Part shown: one piece after another, positions 1 through 8,575 of the stretch
Position numbering within the stretch: position 1 is the stretch's first letter
Layout of the letters: each line of letters starts with the position of its first letter
From: a virus
Taxonomy: Duplodnaviria > Caudoviricetes
Length of the DNA stretch: 50,478 nt
IMG/VR virus record: IMGVR_UViG_3300023176_000477
Span: 1 to 50,478 of that record
Reading direction: 5' to 3' (one strand)
Notes under the pieces: model-generated
Database searches by the model: none
The model's input: the letters and a program-made list of their open reading frames with translations, nothing else
What the model was told of the DNA's origin: nothing
Program-made: the position numbers and the translations under genes

Positions 1-139
1 GTTCCCACACTGCACACCAACCATATGGTGCTACTTGTTCCTGAAATTTAACGCAATAGTTATTAGAATAATATTCGCAATTACTACAATACTGACCAAT
101 TGTATTACTTCTGTTAACATATGCTCCTGGTAACGCCAT
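1..139 (-). CDS. Minimal HiPIP-like Fe-S protein (truncated by window edge; not in ORF track)
   Basis: Hand translation MALPGAYVNRSNTIGQYCSNCEYYSNNYCVKFQEQVAPYGWCAVWE shows Y..CxxC..C..VxPxGWCxxW. Confidence 0.7.
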   Translation of the reverse strand, partial: MALPGAYVNRSNTIGQYCSNCEYYSNNYCVKFQEQVAPYGWCAVWE

Positions 140-267
140 TATTTATTCTTACGTATTTTTTTAATTTTATTGTTATGTGTTTTAGCATATATAAAGTTTT
201 TAGTTTCACGAGTAACTGTACCTCTATAGGTTTTGCCACCCCACTTCCAACTTACTGTTTTAGCCAT
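139..267 (-). CDS. 42-aa basic protein, possible Tudor/SH3-like barrel (not in ORF track)
   Basis: MAKTVSWKWGGKTYRGTVTRETKNFIYAKTHNNKIKKIRKNK; TAATG-coupled to the next ORF; conserved at 41758-41886. Confidence 0.7.
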   Translation of the reverse strand: MAKTVSWKWGGKTYRGTVTRETKNFIYAKTHNNKIKKIRKNK

Positions 268-268
268 A

Positions 269-565
269 CTACCACTTAACTTTATCAGCCCAATAAGCTG
301 CTGACATTTTACCTTTTTTAATATTTTTAGCGTGTCTTGCTTTAAAAGATTTACGTTTCTTTTTCATTTTATCTGATTCACCAGCTTTAGGTTTACCAGC
401 AGTCTTAGCACCTTGCTCACCAAATCTAATTAATTTATATTTGCCATTAGAACTAGCCATAACAACATGTGATTTACTTGGATGACTAGGTGTACGCTTA
501 GGTTTATTAACACCTTTAAGACCGTTCTTTTTCATGGTAGCTTTTACTCTATCTGGAACTGCCAT
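269..565 (-). CDS. Small Lys-rich phage protein
   Basis: AGGAG SD; IRFGxQG...SFKARH...AYWA.KVKW motif; conserved in copy B. Confidence 0.85.
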   Translation of the reverse strand: MAVPDRVKATMKKNGLKGVNKPKRTPSHPSKSHVVMASSNGKYKLIRFGEQGAKTAGKPKAGESDKMKKKRKSFKARHAKNIKKGKMSAAYWADKVKW

Positions 566-618
566 TATATCTCCTGTTTTCTTTACGTACTAAGTATACT
601 GATATTACGTCAATAAAG

Positions 619-684
619 CTATTCGCAATGACAATTAATACTGCCATCAGGACAGTTACATATTTGAATAATTGTTTCATCCAT
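619..684 (-). CDS. 21-aa Cys-rich micropeptide (not in ORF track)
   Basis: MDETIIQICNCPDGSINCHCE; synonymous third-position changes and same stop position versus 42233-42319. Confidence 0.55.
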   Translation of the reverse strand: MDETIIQICNCPDGSINCHCE

Positions 685-880
685 TTAATTTAAATAATAA
701 TTCTGTAAAGTTAGATTCTAACATATCTAATTCACTATTCATTTCTAATACCATAGCATCACAAGCGTTTTGATGTGATTTAATTTCTTCTATAGAGTTA
801 AATACCCAACCAAATGCACCAAGCATTGCTGATAACACTATAGGTATAATTGTTTTGGTGTCTATTTTTATTTGTGACAT
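677..880 (-). CDS. Small protein with N-terminal TM helix and coiled coil (lysis-region membrane protein)
   Basis: IIPIVLSAMLGAFGWVF then heptads; AGGAG SD; conserved in copy B. Confidence 0.8.
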   Translation of the reverse strand: MSQIKIDTKTIIPIVLSAMLGAFGWVFNSIEEIKSHQNACDAMVLEMNSELDMLESNFTELLFKLNG

Positions 881-887
881 TGTTCTC

Positions 888-1061
888 CTACATTAAGGCA
901 GCAACAACAACACCACCTACTGCTACCAATAAGCCTAATACTTTATAAAATTCTGCTTTGTCTAGTTTTGCATCTAGTTTACTATCGATTTCATCAAGGC
1001 GTTTTAATACCATATCTAACATCTCCTTTTGTGTATAACCATTACCAAGATAGTCAGACAT
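888..1061 (-). CDS. 57-aa coiled-coil protein with C-terminal TM helix (not in ORF track)
   Basis: MSDYLGNGYTQKEMLDMVLKRLDEIDSKLDAKLDKAEFYKVLGLLVAVGGVVVAALM; mostly synonymous differences from 42532-42705. Confidence 0.8.
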   Translation of the reverse strand: MSDYLGNGYTQKEMLDMVLKRLDEIDSKLDAKLDKAEFYKVLGLLVAVGGVVVAALM

Positions 1062-1219
1062 TATGGAAGGTCATCCTCTGACATATAAATGTCATCACTC
1101 CAGGTGTATGATTTATCGTAGTAGTTACGATTTTCCCAATCCCAAGTGCTTAATTTTTTAAGAGATGATAGAATATCTTTTAAAAAAATACCTAATAAAA
1201 ATCCAATTATAAAATCCAT
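1061..1219 (-). CDS. 52-aa membrane-anchored protein, probably leaderless (not in ORF track)
   Basis: MDFIIGFLLGIFLKDILSSLKKLSTWDWENRNYYDKSYTWSDDIYMSEDDLP; TATAAT 7 nt upstream of ATG; conserved at 42705-42863. Confidence 0.75.
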   Translation of the reverse strand: MDFIIGFLLGIFLKDILSSLKKLSTWDWENRNYYDKSYTWSDDIYMSEDDLP

Positions 1220-1227
1220 AAGCAGGA

Positions 1228-1923
1228 TTATAACATAAACTTTTTAGGTTTTCGTTTAACTATATTTTTAGATATCTTATTTATATTATTAACAAAACTT
1301 GTAATATTTTTTATTTGATTATAATAATTTAATGTTTCTTTATTAAATTCTTTATAATTTATATTAATGTTTTTATTAAATAATAAATACATCATTGGTT
1401 TATTTTTTTTAAAATTAACAATTCCTGGTTTGTTTTTATCTATTAATAACCAAGCACTATTAATAGGTCTTATCCATAAATTAATATTAAATGCACCTGG
1501 AACAAATTGTAAATTTGTTGTTTCTATATTAGGTGGCAAAGTAATTATTTCTGTATTTTTGATATCTGTATATAAATTATACGGTAATAAAAATTGCAAA
1601 TCTACAATATTATTTTTTTTATTAACTGCAATAACATTTTTTAAATAAGTAATTAAATCAATATTATTAGGTGCGTTTTTGTATTGAAAATTATAAGTTA
1701 CATTGTTTATATTTTTATCATAGTTAATTTCAATTTGTAAATCTAAAGGAGAGTTAATATAAAATAATCTATTATTTACTGAACTAACAGCAGGACATTT
1801 AGGATTATCTATTAAAGTATATTGTTCAATATTATTAAAAAAACCTTTTGGTACAAAAATATTATCTTCGTTTTTTATATCGTAATAGACATTAGCTTTT
1901 TGTAAATTAAAAAATATACTCAT
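1228..1923 (-). CDS. Accessory beta-rich protein (CP...PG.F.I..W.RP family, possibly dUTPase-like fold)
   Basis: CPAV, VPGAFNINLWIRP motifs shared with 43837-44523 and 43115-43840. Confidence 0.75.
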   Translation of the reverse strand: MSIFFNLQKANVYYDIKNEDNIFVPKGFFNNIEQYTLIDNPKCPAVSSVNNRLFYINSPLDLQIEINYDKNINNVTYNFQYKNAPNNIDLITYLKNVIAVNKKNNIVDLQFLLPYNLYTDIKNTEIITLPPNIETTNLQFVPGAFNINLWIRPINSAWLLIDKNKPGIVNFKKNKPMMYLLFNKNININYKEFNKETLNYYNQIKNITSFVNNINKISKNIVKRKPKKFML

Positions 1924-2612
1924 TATTTTTTAATATTCTTTTTATATCCGCCAACAAAAGTATTTTGTATTCTAGCTTTTTCAATTAATATTTTATTTTT
2001 AAATTTTTTATTATAAGGTTTAACTTTATAAATAAATTTTTCTCTTTTAAAAGGAACTAAATAGCACAATGGAGTTCCACTTTTAATAAACACTTCGTTA
2101 TCTTTAGAAGTAAACATTAATTGTAAAACTATTTCACTTATTTTATCAGCTTCATAAACTCCATAAGCTATATGCCAATCAGGATTGTAATCATATATTA
2201 ATGGAACTTGTCTTAAACTATATCCTCTTGGAACTATTAATTGAAAAGGACTTATAATTTTAAATACTTTTTTAATATTTGAATTAGAAAAATAATCTAC
2301 AAATTGATTATCAGTATGATGTTGTAAATAAAATCCTGTATGTTCAGGTACTTCCCAATAATGTTTTTTATTTTCATCTACACTTAAATACATATCACAA
2401 TGTGCATATATAATGATTCCTTCTTTAAATATATCTACAAAACTTGGACATTGTTTTGCGGTTCTTAAATTAGGAAATTTACTAGGTCCTCTTTCAACAT
2501 TACTAGGAATATTTTTAAAATATTTTGGTATATCTTTATAAGCAGGTTTAGGAATTATATTATTAATTGATAATAATTCTTTTCTTTCAGTAGTAATTAT
2601 TATTTTTTTCAT
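1923..2612 (-). CDS. Accessory beta-rich protein (K.CPSF.D...GTPLCY..PFKR family)
   Basis: Clear diverged homologue of 44513-45250; ATG 2612 follows AGGTGG. Confidence 0.8.
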   Translation of the reverse strand: MKKIIITTERKELLSINNIIPKPAYKDIPKYFKNIPSNVERGPSKFPNLRTAKQCPSFVDIFKEGIIIYAHCDMYLSVDENKKHYWEVPEHTGFYLQHHTDNQFVDYFSNSNIKKVFKIISPFQLIVPRGYSLRQVPLIYDYNPDWHIAYGVYEADKISEIVLQLMFTSKDNEVFIKSGTPLCYLVPFKREKFIYKVKPYNKKFKNKILIEKARIQNTFVGGYKKNIKK

Positions 2613-2633
2613 ATCCACCTAGTTTAATTGATA

Positions 2634-3053
2634 TTAAGAAACAGACCAACCTTGTGTATTATCAGCTTGATACGCAGCTTCATCCCAATAATAATTATCA
2701 TTATTATAATCAGAAGGATAATCAATAGGTGGTTTCCAATCCCATATATTTGTATCTAGCACCCAACTATTTTTATCTAAAGGTTTTACAGGATAAAATA
2801 CATCATTGATTTCATCATAATAATCACCCATAGATGCAAAGTTTCCTCTAAATGGAGTGCCACCTAATATGTGTGTATTGTGCATTGTGTTATAAGAAGT
2901 TCTTACAACTTTTGCATTATTACAAAATTTTTTACTAATATAATCTTCCCAATTTTCATAACCTTCAGGTAATAAACTTAAATCGTCTTCATCTTTTCCT
3001 GTTAATACTCCAGTTACAATATTATTATTGTCTAGTACTGCATAATGTGCCAT
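2634..3053 (-). CDS. Tail-fibre-associated Trp/Pro-rich protein
   Basis: MAHYAVLD..TSYN..RGNFA..KP..SW.LD..W..P..YP..WDE pattern; directly after the Gly-rich gene; ATG 3053 preferred. Confidence 0.7.
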   Translation of the reverse strand: MAHYAVLDNNNIVTGVLTGKDEDDLSLLPEGYENWEDYISKKFCNNAKVVRTSYNTMHNTHILGGTPFRGNFASMGDYYDEINDVFYPVKPLDKNSWVLDTNIWDWKPPIDYPSDYNNDNYYWDEAAYQADNTQGWSVS

Positions 3054-3994
3054 TAGATACTCCAACTTACATTGTCTGAACCTGAAGTAAAATAATGTAT
3101 TTTATATTCACCACTTGTTACATAATTGTGTGTTAATAATGGACCAACAGTTGCTGTGTACTTAGCTGGATATTTAATAATAACTACACCTGAACCTCCA
3201 GCACCTGAAAAAGCATTATAATCACTTCCTCCACCACCGCCTGTGTTAACTGTTCCTGATACTCCATTTAATCCAGCGTCTTTTTCACCTCGGCCTCCAC
3301 CGCCAAGACCACCAGTTCCTTCTTGAAATGAACTAGCTGAACCACCACCACCTGCATAATATACATCAGAACCTTGAACATCTCCTACACTAGCAGTTGT
3401 AGCATCAGAAGCTGGTAATAAATTACAGATTACACCATCACCACCGTGAGTTCCATAACCGCCATAATTAGTAGTACCGACTTCAGAAGCACCGCCACCA
3501 CCGCCACCACCATCTTGTGTGTTAGCACCACCTCCTGCAAAACCTTGATTTGTTTCTCCTGCAGCACCTGCAGCACCACCATTATTAGAAGCACCTCCAC
3601 CTGAACCTCCAGTTCTATTTCCACCGTGGCGACCTTGACCACCACCGCCACCAATAGCAACTACAGGTTGAAAAGAACTTGCACTACCTTGACCACCGCC
3701 ATATCCGTATGTAGCACCACCACCTGCACCTACAGCAACTAAATAATCTTTTTCTAATTCAATAAAATTCTTAGGTGCAGCATCATCACCACCACCTGAG
3801 TTTTCTTCTGTAGTAGAGTTAATAAAACCTCCACCACCGCCACCACCAGTTCTACGGTTATTATCACCACCACCGCCACCGCCTCCACCAGCGACAACTA
3901 AATATTCTACAGCAAATCCTTTAAAAGCACTATTACTAAGAGTATTTGATTTACTTGCAGATATACCTTGATTACTTAATGATGTAATTGACAT
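3053..3994 (-). CDS. Glycine-rich tail fibre / receptor-binding protein, allele A
   Basis: EYLVVAGGGGG...YAGGGG...NTGGGGG...GGSGVVIIKY polyglycine architecture. Confidence 0.8.
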   Translation of the reverse strand: MSITSLSNQGISASKSNTLSNSAFKGFAVEYLVVAGGGGGGGGDNNRRTGGGGGGGFINSTTEENSGGGDDAAPKNFIELEKDYLVAVGAGGGATYGYGGGQGSASSFQPVVAIGGGGGQGRHGGNRTGGSGGGASNNGGAAGAAGETNQGFAGGGANTQDGGGGGGGASEVGTTNYGGYGTHGGDGVICNLLPASDATTASVGDVQGSDVYYAGGGGSASSFQEGTGGLGGGGRGEKDAGLNGVSGTVNTGGGGGSDYNAFSGAGGSGVVIIKYPAKYTATVGPLLTHNYVTSGEYKIHYFTSGSDNVSWSI

Positions 3995-4011
3995 TTAAAC
4001 TCCTATAATAA

Positions 4012-4341
4012 TTATGATATTTCTGTACCAAACACAGAAAAACTTACATCAGCACTTGAAGCTGTTGCAGTTACTACATCTGTAGTAGCTAAAGTTATAC
4101 CTAATGTTAATGTAACAGTATCATTAGCAGCTATATTTGCATCTTTAACAATAAAATGTTCATTAGCTTCTGCTGCACCTGATGGTCTAACAGATAAACT
4201 AAATGTTTTTGTTGCTGCACTTCTATTACAAACTACAATAGTTGAAACTATTGCTTCTGTTGAAGCTGGTACTGTATAAACATCAACTGAAGTAGTAAAA
4301 GCATCTCCAGTTTGTCCTAATACTTTATACGCATTTGCCAT
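4012..4341 (-). CDS. Small virion/tail structural protein
   Basis: MANAYKVLGQ..IVVCNR..LTLGITL..SFSVFGTE; GGAG SD; homologue at 46544-46876. Confidence 0.75.
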   Translation of the reverse strand: MANAYKVLGQTGDAFTTSVDVYTVPASTEAIVSTIVVCNRSAATKTFSLSVRPSGAAEANEHFIVKDANIAANDTVTLTLGITLATTDVVTATASSADVSFSVFGTEIS

Positions 4342-4372
4342 ATTTTATCTCCAATTATATTTTTATATTATA

Positions 4373-4576
4373 CTATACACCTACCAAAAGCAAGGTTTCT
4401 TCAGACAAATAAATTAATGCGTGTCCACTATCAGACCACAACATCATTTGTTCGCCTTCATTTATTCCACCACCACCTGCATCAGGTAGTAAATCTATAT
4501 CTTCATCTATTGGCAAATTACCAATAGTATCTATTCCTAAACTTCCACCTTCTTTGAGCATTAATAACATACCCAT
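4373..4576 (-). CDS. Small acidic tail-region protein
   Basis: N-terminal half nearly identical to 46906-47103; C-terminal half diverged. Confidence 0.7.
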   Translation of the reverse strand: MGMLLMLKEGGSLGIDTIGNLPIDEDIDLLPDAGGGGINEGEQMMLWSDSGHALIYLSEETLLLVGV

Positions 4577-5178
4577 TATGCACCCATTACTATAAAAGGA
4601 TGAACTTCTACTGGAGGTGCAACTTGACTTACATAAACTTTTTTAGCTGTGCTATCTGTTGCATCATAAACTAAAGCATAGTCTGCTTCAACATCTACTG
4701 TAATTCCAGTACCATCAGTAGCACCATCAAACATAGCTGTAGCTGAAGCTGCAGTAATAGCATCTATAGCTGCTTGACCTTCTGTTAATATACCTGCAAC
4801 TCTATCATTTTGGTCATTTATGTGTTGTGCTAGTACAGCCATTCTAACTGTAGTACCAATACCGTGTGATATACCTGTATCAGCTGCAGCACCTGCTGCT
4901 TCTTGTCTACCATCATAATCTCTTTCAACATCACTAAATGTTGTAGAACCTGATGTATGTGTTTTAACTACTACAATTTCTCTGTTAGATGTACTGTCTG
5001 GGTCAATAACTAAATATACCCAAGTATCTGCATCACCAGTTGTAGCTGATGTAATACCATTAGTACCATCTATTGTTGGTGTAGATGCAACGTCAAATGA
5101 TGTAGCACCTGCACTAAAATCTGAATTAGCAATAGTAGTTTCATAAAAGTTAAATACTTGTGTTGCTCTATCTGCCAT
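4576..5178 (-). CDS. Tail structural protein
   Basis: Ala/Thr/Asp-rich; TAATG coupling suggests start at 5178 (MADRATQ). Confidence 0.75.
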   Translation of the reverse strand: MADRATQVFNFYETTIANSDFSAGATSFDVASTPTIDGTNGITSATTGDADTWVYLVIDPDSTSNREIVVVKTHTSGSTTFSDVERDYDGRQEAAGAAADTGISHGIGTTVRMAVLAQHINDQNDRVAGILTEGQAAIDAITAASATAMFDGATDGTGITVDVEADYALVYDATDSTAKKVYVSQVAPPVEVHPFIVMGA

Positions 5179-7160
5179 TATGCTCCGTATCTCATTATAC
5201 CCCAAGCAGCAATACCTGGTGTATGTATTGATGTTACTTCTTCAATAGTACCTTGTCTAGTACCACGCACTGTAATAATAGCATACATTGTATCACTTCC
5301 AATTACTTCATTAGATTGTATAGGATAACTTATTTGCTCTACTACACCACGAATAATTTCTTGTGGTTCAAATATTTCTAATGTTACTGAATCACCTTCT
5401 TTAGCACGTAATGCTTTATATAAAGTATCTCCAAGACCTTTTACTTTTAATGGTTTTCTACCAGGTCTTTCTACTCTATCACTAATGTTTATAGGTATTT
5501 GTGCTACTACAAGTTCTGGTCTTGCTAATGCACGAAACTGTACTGATTTGACTTTAGGAGTTGACATACCATCTGTACTTCTAAGTATGACTTTACCTAT
5601 AATATATCTAGAAACTTCTGCTATTTGTTTTTCTTCGTCACCTGTACCACCAAGTTGTGTTAAAGCATTAGTAAACGTAGCAGACTCAGGTGCATCTAAA
5701 TCTTCAAATCTAGTTGAATATTGTAAACTTACTTGTGTATCTGCAGGCATTGTAACAGTAGATACTTCTGCACCTACAAACTGTTTAGATTCTGCAGTAA
5801 AAAAATCTGCAGCAGATAACACTACATAACCTTCAGATTCATATGTAGATGTTTCTTTATATACATCAGAACCTTCAACTACTATTACAAATTTACCATC
5901 AGATTGTGTAATACCTGATACATAACTATTACCAACTGTTTGTAAATCTCTAGCCAAACCACCTGTTGGTAGGTAATATCGCCACAAATTTACTTCATTA
6001 GTATCTTCTTTAACACCCATATACACACTATCACGGCTTACAAACATAGCGTGTGGTGTTGTATCTACGTTATCAACAACCCATTCTTTTACTAATTGTC
6101 TATTAGCAAGTACATATAAATCATCAGCATTAACAAGGTCTGCTCTGTATAACCTACCTACATCTCTTGTATTTTCTTTAGTACCAAAAAATATAATTCC
6201 TTCTGCAGCTGCAATAGAATGTATTTCTTCAAAAGGTATTTTTGTTTGTCCTTGATTTACAAATACACCAGATGACAATTTAAATGAATATATATTACCA
6301 TCAGTACTAGCTGTTAATACAACAGCTCCACCATCAACAATACCTGTTATTTCGTGTGTAGGTTCTACTTCTATTATTGCGTCAACAACAGCAAAAGCTG
6401 ATGCCCAGCTATCTGCAAATGCATCACCTTCCCATACATATTCTGCAGTACCATCATTACCAGTAACAAACAAAGTATTTTTAACAAACCATACACCTGT
6501 TAATCCACCTGTTGTATTAAAAGCTGTGTTATGTGTAGACCAACCGTGTCCATCTGGTTCATAATGTATAAACTCTGAGTTAGTATTAGTAGCATCAGCA
6601 GTAGTAAAATATACTGTGTTTCCAAATGCTGCAGCACCTGTAAAGTTATAAGTTGCACCATTAGTTGCAGCTAAAATAGCACTCCAAGTTTCTGTACTAG
6701 CATCATATTCGTGTACAGTTGTACCATCAGTGACGTATATATTACCGTTAGTAGTTTGTGTCATATAGTTATTGCTAGCACCAAAAGATAAACTTTCTGT
6801 AGCTGTCGTATATAACAAATGTATATGATATGCAGTTTCATCATCTCCGTGAAATACATCAATACCTTTGCTATCCCAAAATCTATTAACATCATCTGGT
6901 TTACCATCAGCTCTATGTGCAGTATCTAATCCTTGACCTGCAGAAAAATTGTTTCTTGAATATATACGTCCTAAGTTAGAAGTAAAATCTTCAGGGTTTT
7001 GTTTGACGTTTACGTTTTGTCCTTGTTGTACATCAGATGATTGTATAGTCATTTCACGACCAGGACCTACAGCTGTACGTAAATATATATTATCTAACTT
7101 TATATCATAACCAAATCGTTTTGGATTACGAACATTAGAAGTTGATGCAACTCTAGCCAT
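5178..7160 (-). CDS. Putative tail nozzle / packaged-DNA stabilisation protein (beta-propeller-like)
   Basis: 660 aa, beta-rich; position after the adaptor in a podovirus-like gene order. Confidence 0.6.
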   Translation of the reverse strand: MARVASTSNVRNPKRFGYDIKLDNIYLRTAVGPGREMTIQSSDVQQGQNVNVKQNPEDFTSNLGRIYSRNNFSAGQGLDTAHRADGKPDDVNRFWDSKGIDVFHGDDETAYHIHLLYTTATESLSFGASNNYMTQTTNGNIYVTDGTTVHEYDASTETWSAILAATNGATYNFTGAAAFGNTVYFTTADATNTNSEFIHYEPDGHGWSTHNTAFNTTGGLTGVWFVKNTLFVTGNDGTAEYVWEGDAFADSWASAFAVVDAIIEVEPTHEITGIVDGGAVVLTASTDGNIYSFKLSSGVFVNQGQTKIPFEEIHSIAAAEGIIFFGTKENTRDVGRLYRADLVNADDLYVLANRQLVKEWVVDNVDTTPHAMFVSRDSVYMGVKEDTNEVNLWRYYLPTGGLARDLQTVGNSYVSGITQSDGKFVIVVEGSDVYKETSTYESEGYVVLSAADFFTAESKQFVGAEVSTVTMPADTQVSLQYSTRFEDLDAPESATFTNALTQLGGTGDEEKQIAEVSRYIIGKVILRSTDGMSTPKVKSVQFRALARPELVVAQIPINISDRVERPGRKPLKVKGLGDTLYKALRAKEGDSVTLEIFEPQEIIRGVVEQISYPIQSNEVIGSDTMYAIITVRGTRQGTIEEVTSIHTPGIAAWGIMRYGA

Positions 7161-8170
7161 TAGGTTGGATACAATATACTATTTAATTGAACTGGTTCTG
7201 GGTATTTAGACCTTAAATTACTTCTAGCTTGTTGTATTAATAACTGTTGATATCTTAATAAACTACTGCTAATACTATTAGAACTACCTACAGGATAGTT
7301 TTGTGCAGCCATTTGTTCTGTAATATATCTTGCATCAACATTTTTAATATCTTTACCAACTAGCATTTGAGCAGCTACACCAGCCATAACAATTGGTTCA
7401 TACTCTGTTTCTAAACCTACACTAGATAATGTTGTTTCTTCTGATGTTGGTGCTACAAATTTCTTTTTAAAAGTTACATACACAGTATGACCTGCTGATA
7501 TACCCACAAACTGTACAGCATGAACTACGTTGGGACCTGAAGTATAAGTTTTAGTTCTTTCTGTTTGTGTATCATCAGTCCATACAAAAGGATTAGGTAA
7601 GTCAATCATTTCTATAGCTACACCATTATATTTAAGTCCTGTTTGGTCTGAGCCTGATTGCCAATCTGTATATTGTGATATAGCTTTTAATGGTGCTATT
7701 AAATAATTATTAGTATCTACGTCTGTACCATATGTACCAAGTAATTTATAACCTGTACTAGCAGTAAGTTCTATTGTTTCTACGGCAAATAATGTAGGAT
7801 AAAGATTTTTAATTTGGTCTGATACTGCATCATATACTGCTTGTCTTGTAAATGCAGGAGCTATTTTAATTATATCGTTTGCATCATGTGTAGTAGCAGT
7901 AGTACCTCTAACTCCACGTTCAACTGTTATTTCATTAGTAACGGCATTAAGAGATTTAGAAAACATTAATTCTCTATTAACTTCTATAATTGCACCAGCA
8001 CCTAATGCGTCTTCTTCTTCTGTAGAAAACAGACCTTCTTCATAGTTAATGGTGCTTTGTGTTGTAGTTGTTACATCACCAGTTAAATAAGAATAAGATT
8101 CAACAGAATCCATTGGCTCTAGGTATTCTCTAAATACCCTGTCTACTAGGTTGCCTATTGTGTCACTCAC
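7160..8170 (-). CDS. Putative head-tail adaptor
   Basis: Position after capsid genes; helical termini around a beta insert (ERGVRGTTATTH); GTG start with AGGAG. Confidence 0.6.
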   Translation of the reverse strand: MSDTIGNLVDRVFREYLEPMDSVESYSYLTGDVTTTTQSTINYEEGLFSTEEEDALGAGAIIEVNRELMFSKSLNAVTNEITVERGVRGTTATTHDANDIIKIAPAFTRQAVYDAVSDQIKNLYPTLFAVETIELTASTGYKLLGTYGTDVDTNNYLIAPLKAISQYTDWQSGSDQTGLKYNGVAIEMIDLPNPFVWTDDTQTERTKTYTSGPNVVHAVQFVGISAGHTVYVTFKKKFVAPTSEETTLSSVGLETEYEPIVMAGVAAQMLVGKDIKNVDARYITEQMAAQNYPVGSSNSISSSLLRYQQLLIQQARSNLRSKYPEPVQLNSILYPT

Positions 8171-8178
8171 AATGACTC

Positions 8179-8511
8179 CTAACTTTGTTTAAATATAAGT
8201 TGTATATTTCTATCAGCTAATTCAGTTGCATCTGAAGATACTCTAATAAATCCAGCAGTAGCAAAAGCCCAACCACTAGGGTCAACTCTTACAACATCAC
8301 CAGCTGTAACTGTATAAGTTACTTCAGTACCATCAGTTTCTACTACATCTACCCAAGTACTTCCATCAAATGAAAAATCAAATGTTACGGCTGTACCTGT
8401 CATAGCTGCAGGAAATACTATACCAGATAGTAATAAACCATCTGCTTGTACACCTGTAGAGTTAACTGCATCTTCTGATATATCTATTAAAACTTTTTTT
8501 GATAATTGCAT
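8179..8511 (-). CDS. Small virion beta-sandwich protein
   Basis: 110 aa with S.DG.TW motif; GAGG SD. Confidence 0.7.
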   Translation of the reverse strand: MQLSKKVLIDISEDAVNSTGVQADGLLLSGIVFPAAMTGTAVTFDFSFDGSTWVDVVETDGTEVTYTVTAGDVVRVDPSGWAFATAGFIRVSSDATELADRNIQLIFKQS

Positions 8512-8527
8512 ATTGTCCTCACTATAG

Positions 8528-8568
8528 CAGAAGAAATGGGAGGAAGGTGGATTCCCCCCAAATCTTCA
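8528..8568 (-). terminator. Probable terminator hairpin after major capsid gene
   Basis: Minus-strand G-rich arm, tccacc loop and ttcctccca arm, followed by tttcttct. Confidence 0.55.
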
Positions 8569-8575
8569 AAATAAA

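Larger units (their letters stand above)
1..7852. repeat. Copy A of a long imperfect direct repeat (partner 41620-50478)
   Basis: Position 2 onward (ttcccacact) aligns to 41621, and the window end tactgcttgtcttgtaaa aligns to 7835-7852. Gene order is the same. Confidence 0.97.

Noticed and set aside
549-680. 43-aa hydrophobic ORF open in both copies
   Set aside because: Substitutions between copies are non-synonymous in this frame and synonymous in the overlapping Cys frame; not fully excluded.
3053-3994. Diversity-generating retroelement or invertase shufflon as the cause of fibre variation
   Set aside because: No reverse transcriptase, no adenine-specific TR/VR pair, no recombinase, and the copies are direct rather than inverted.
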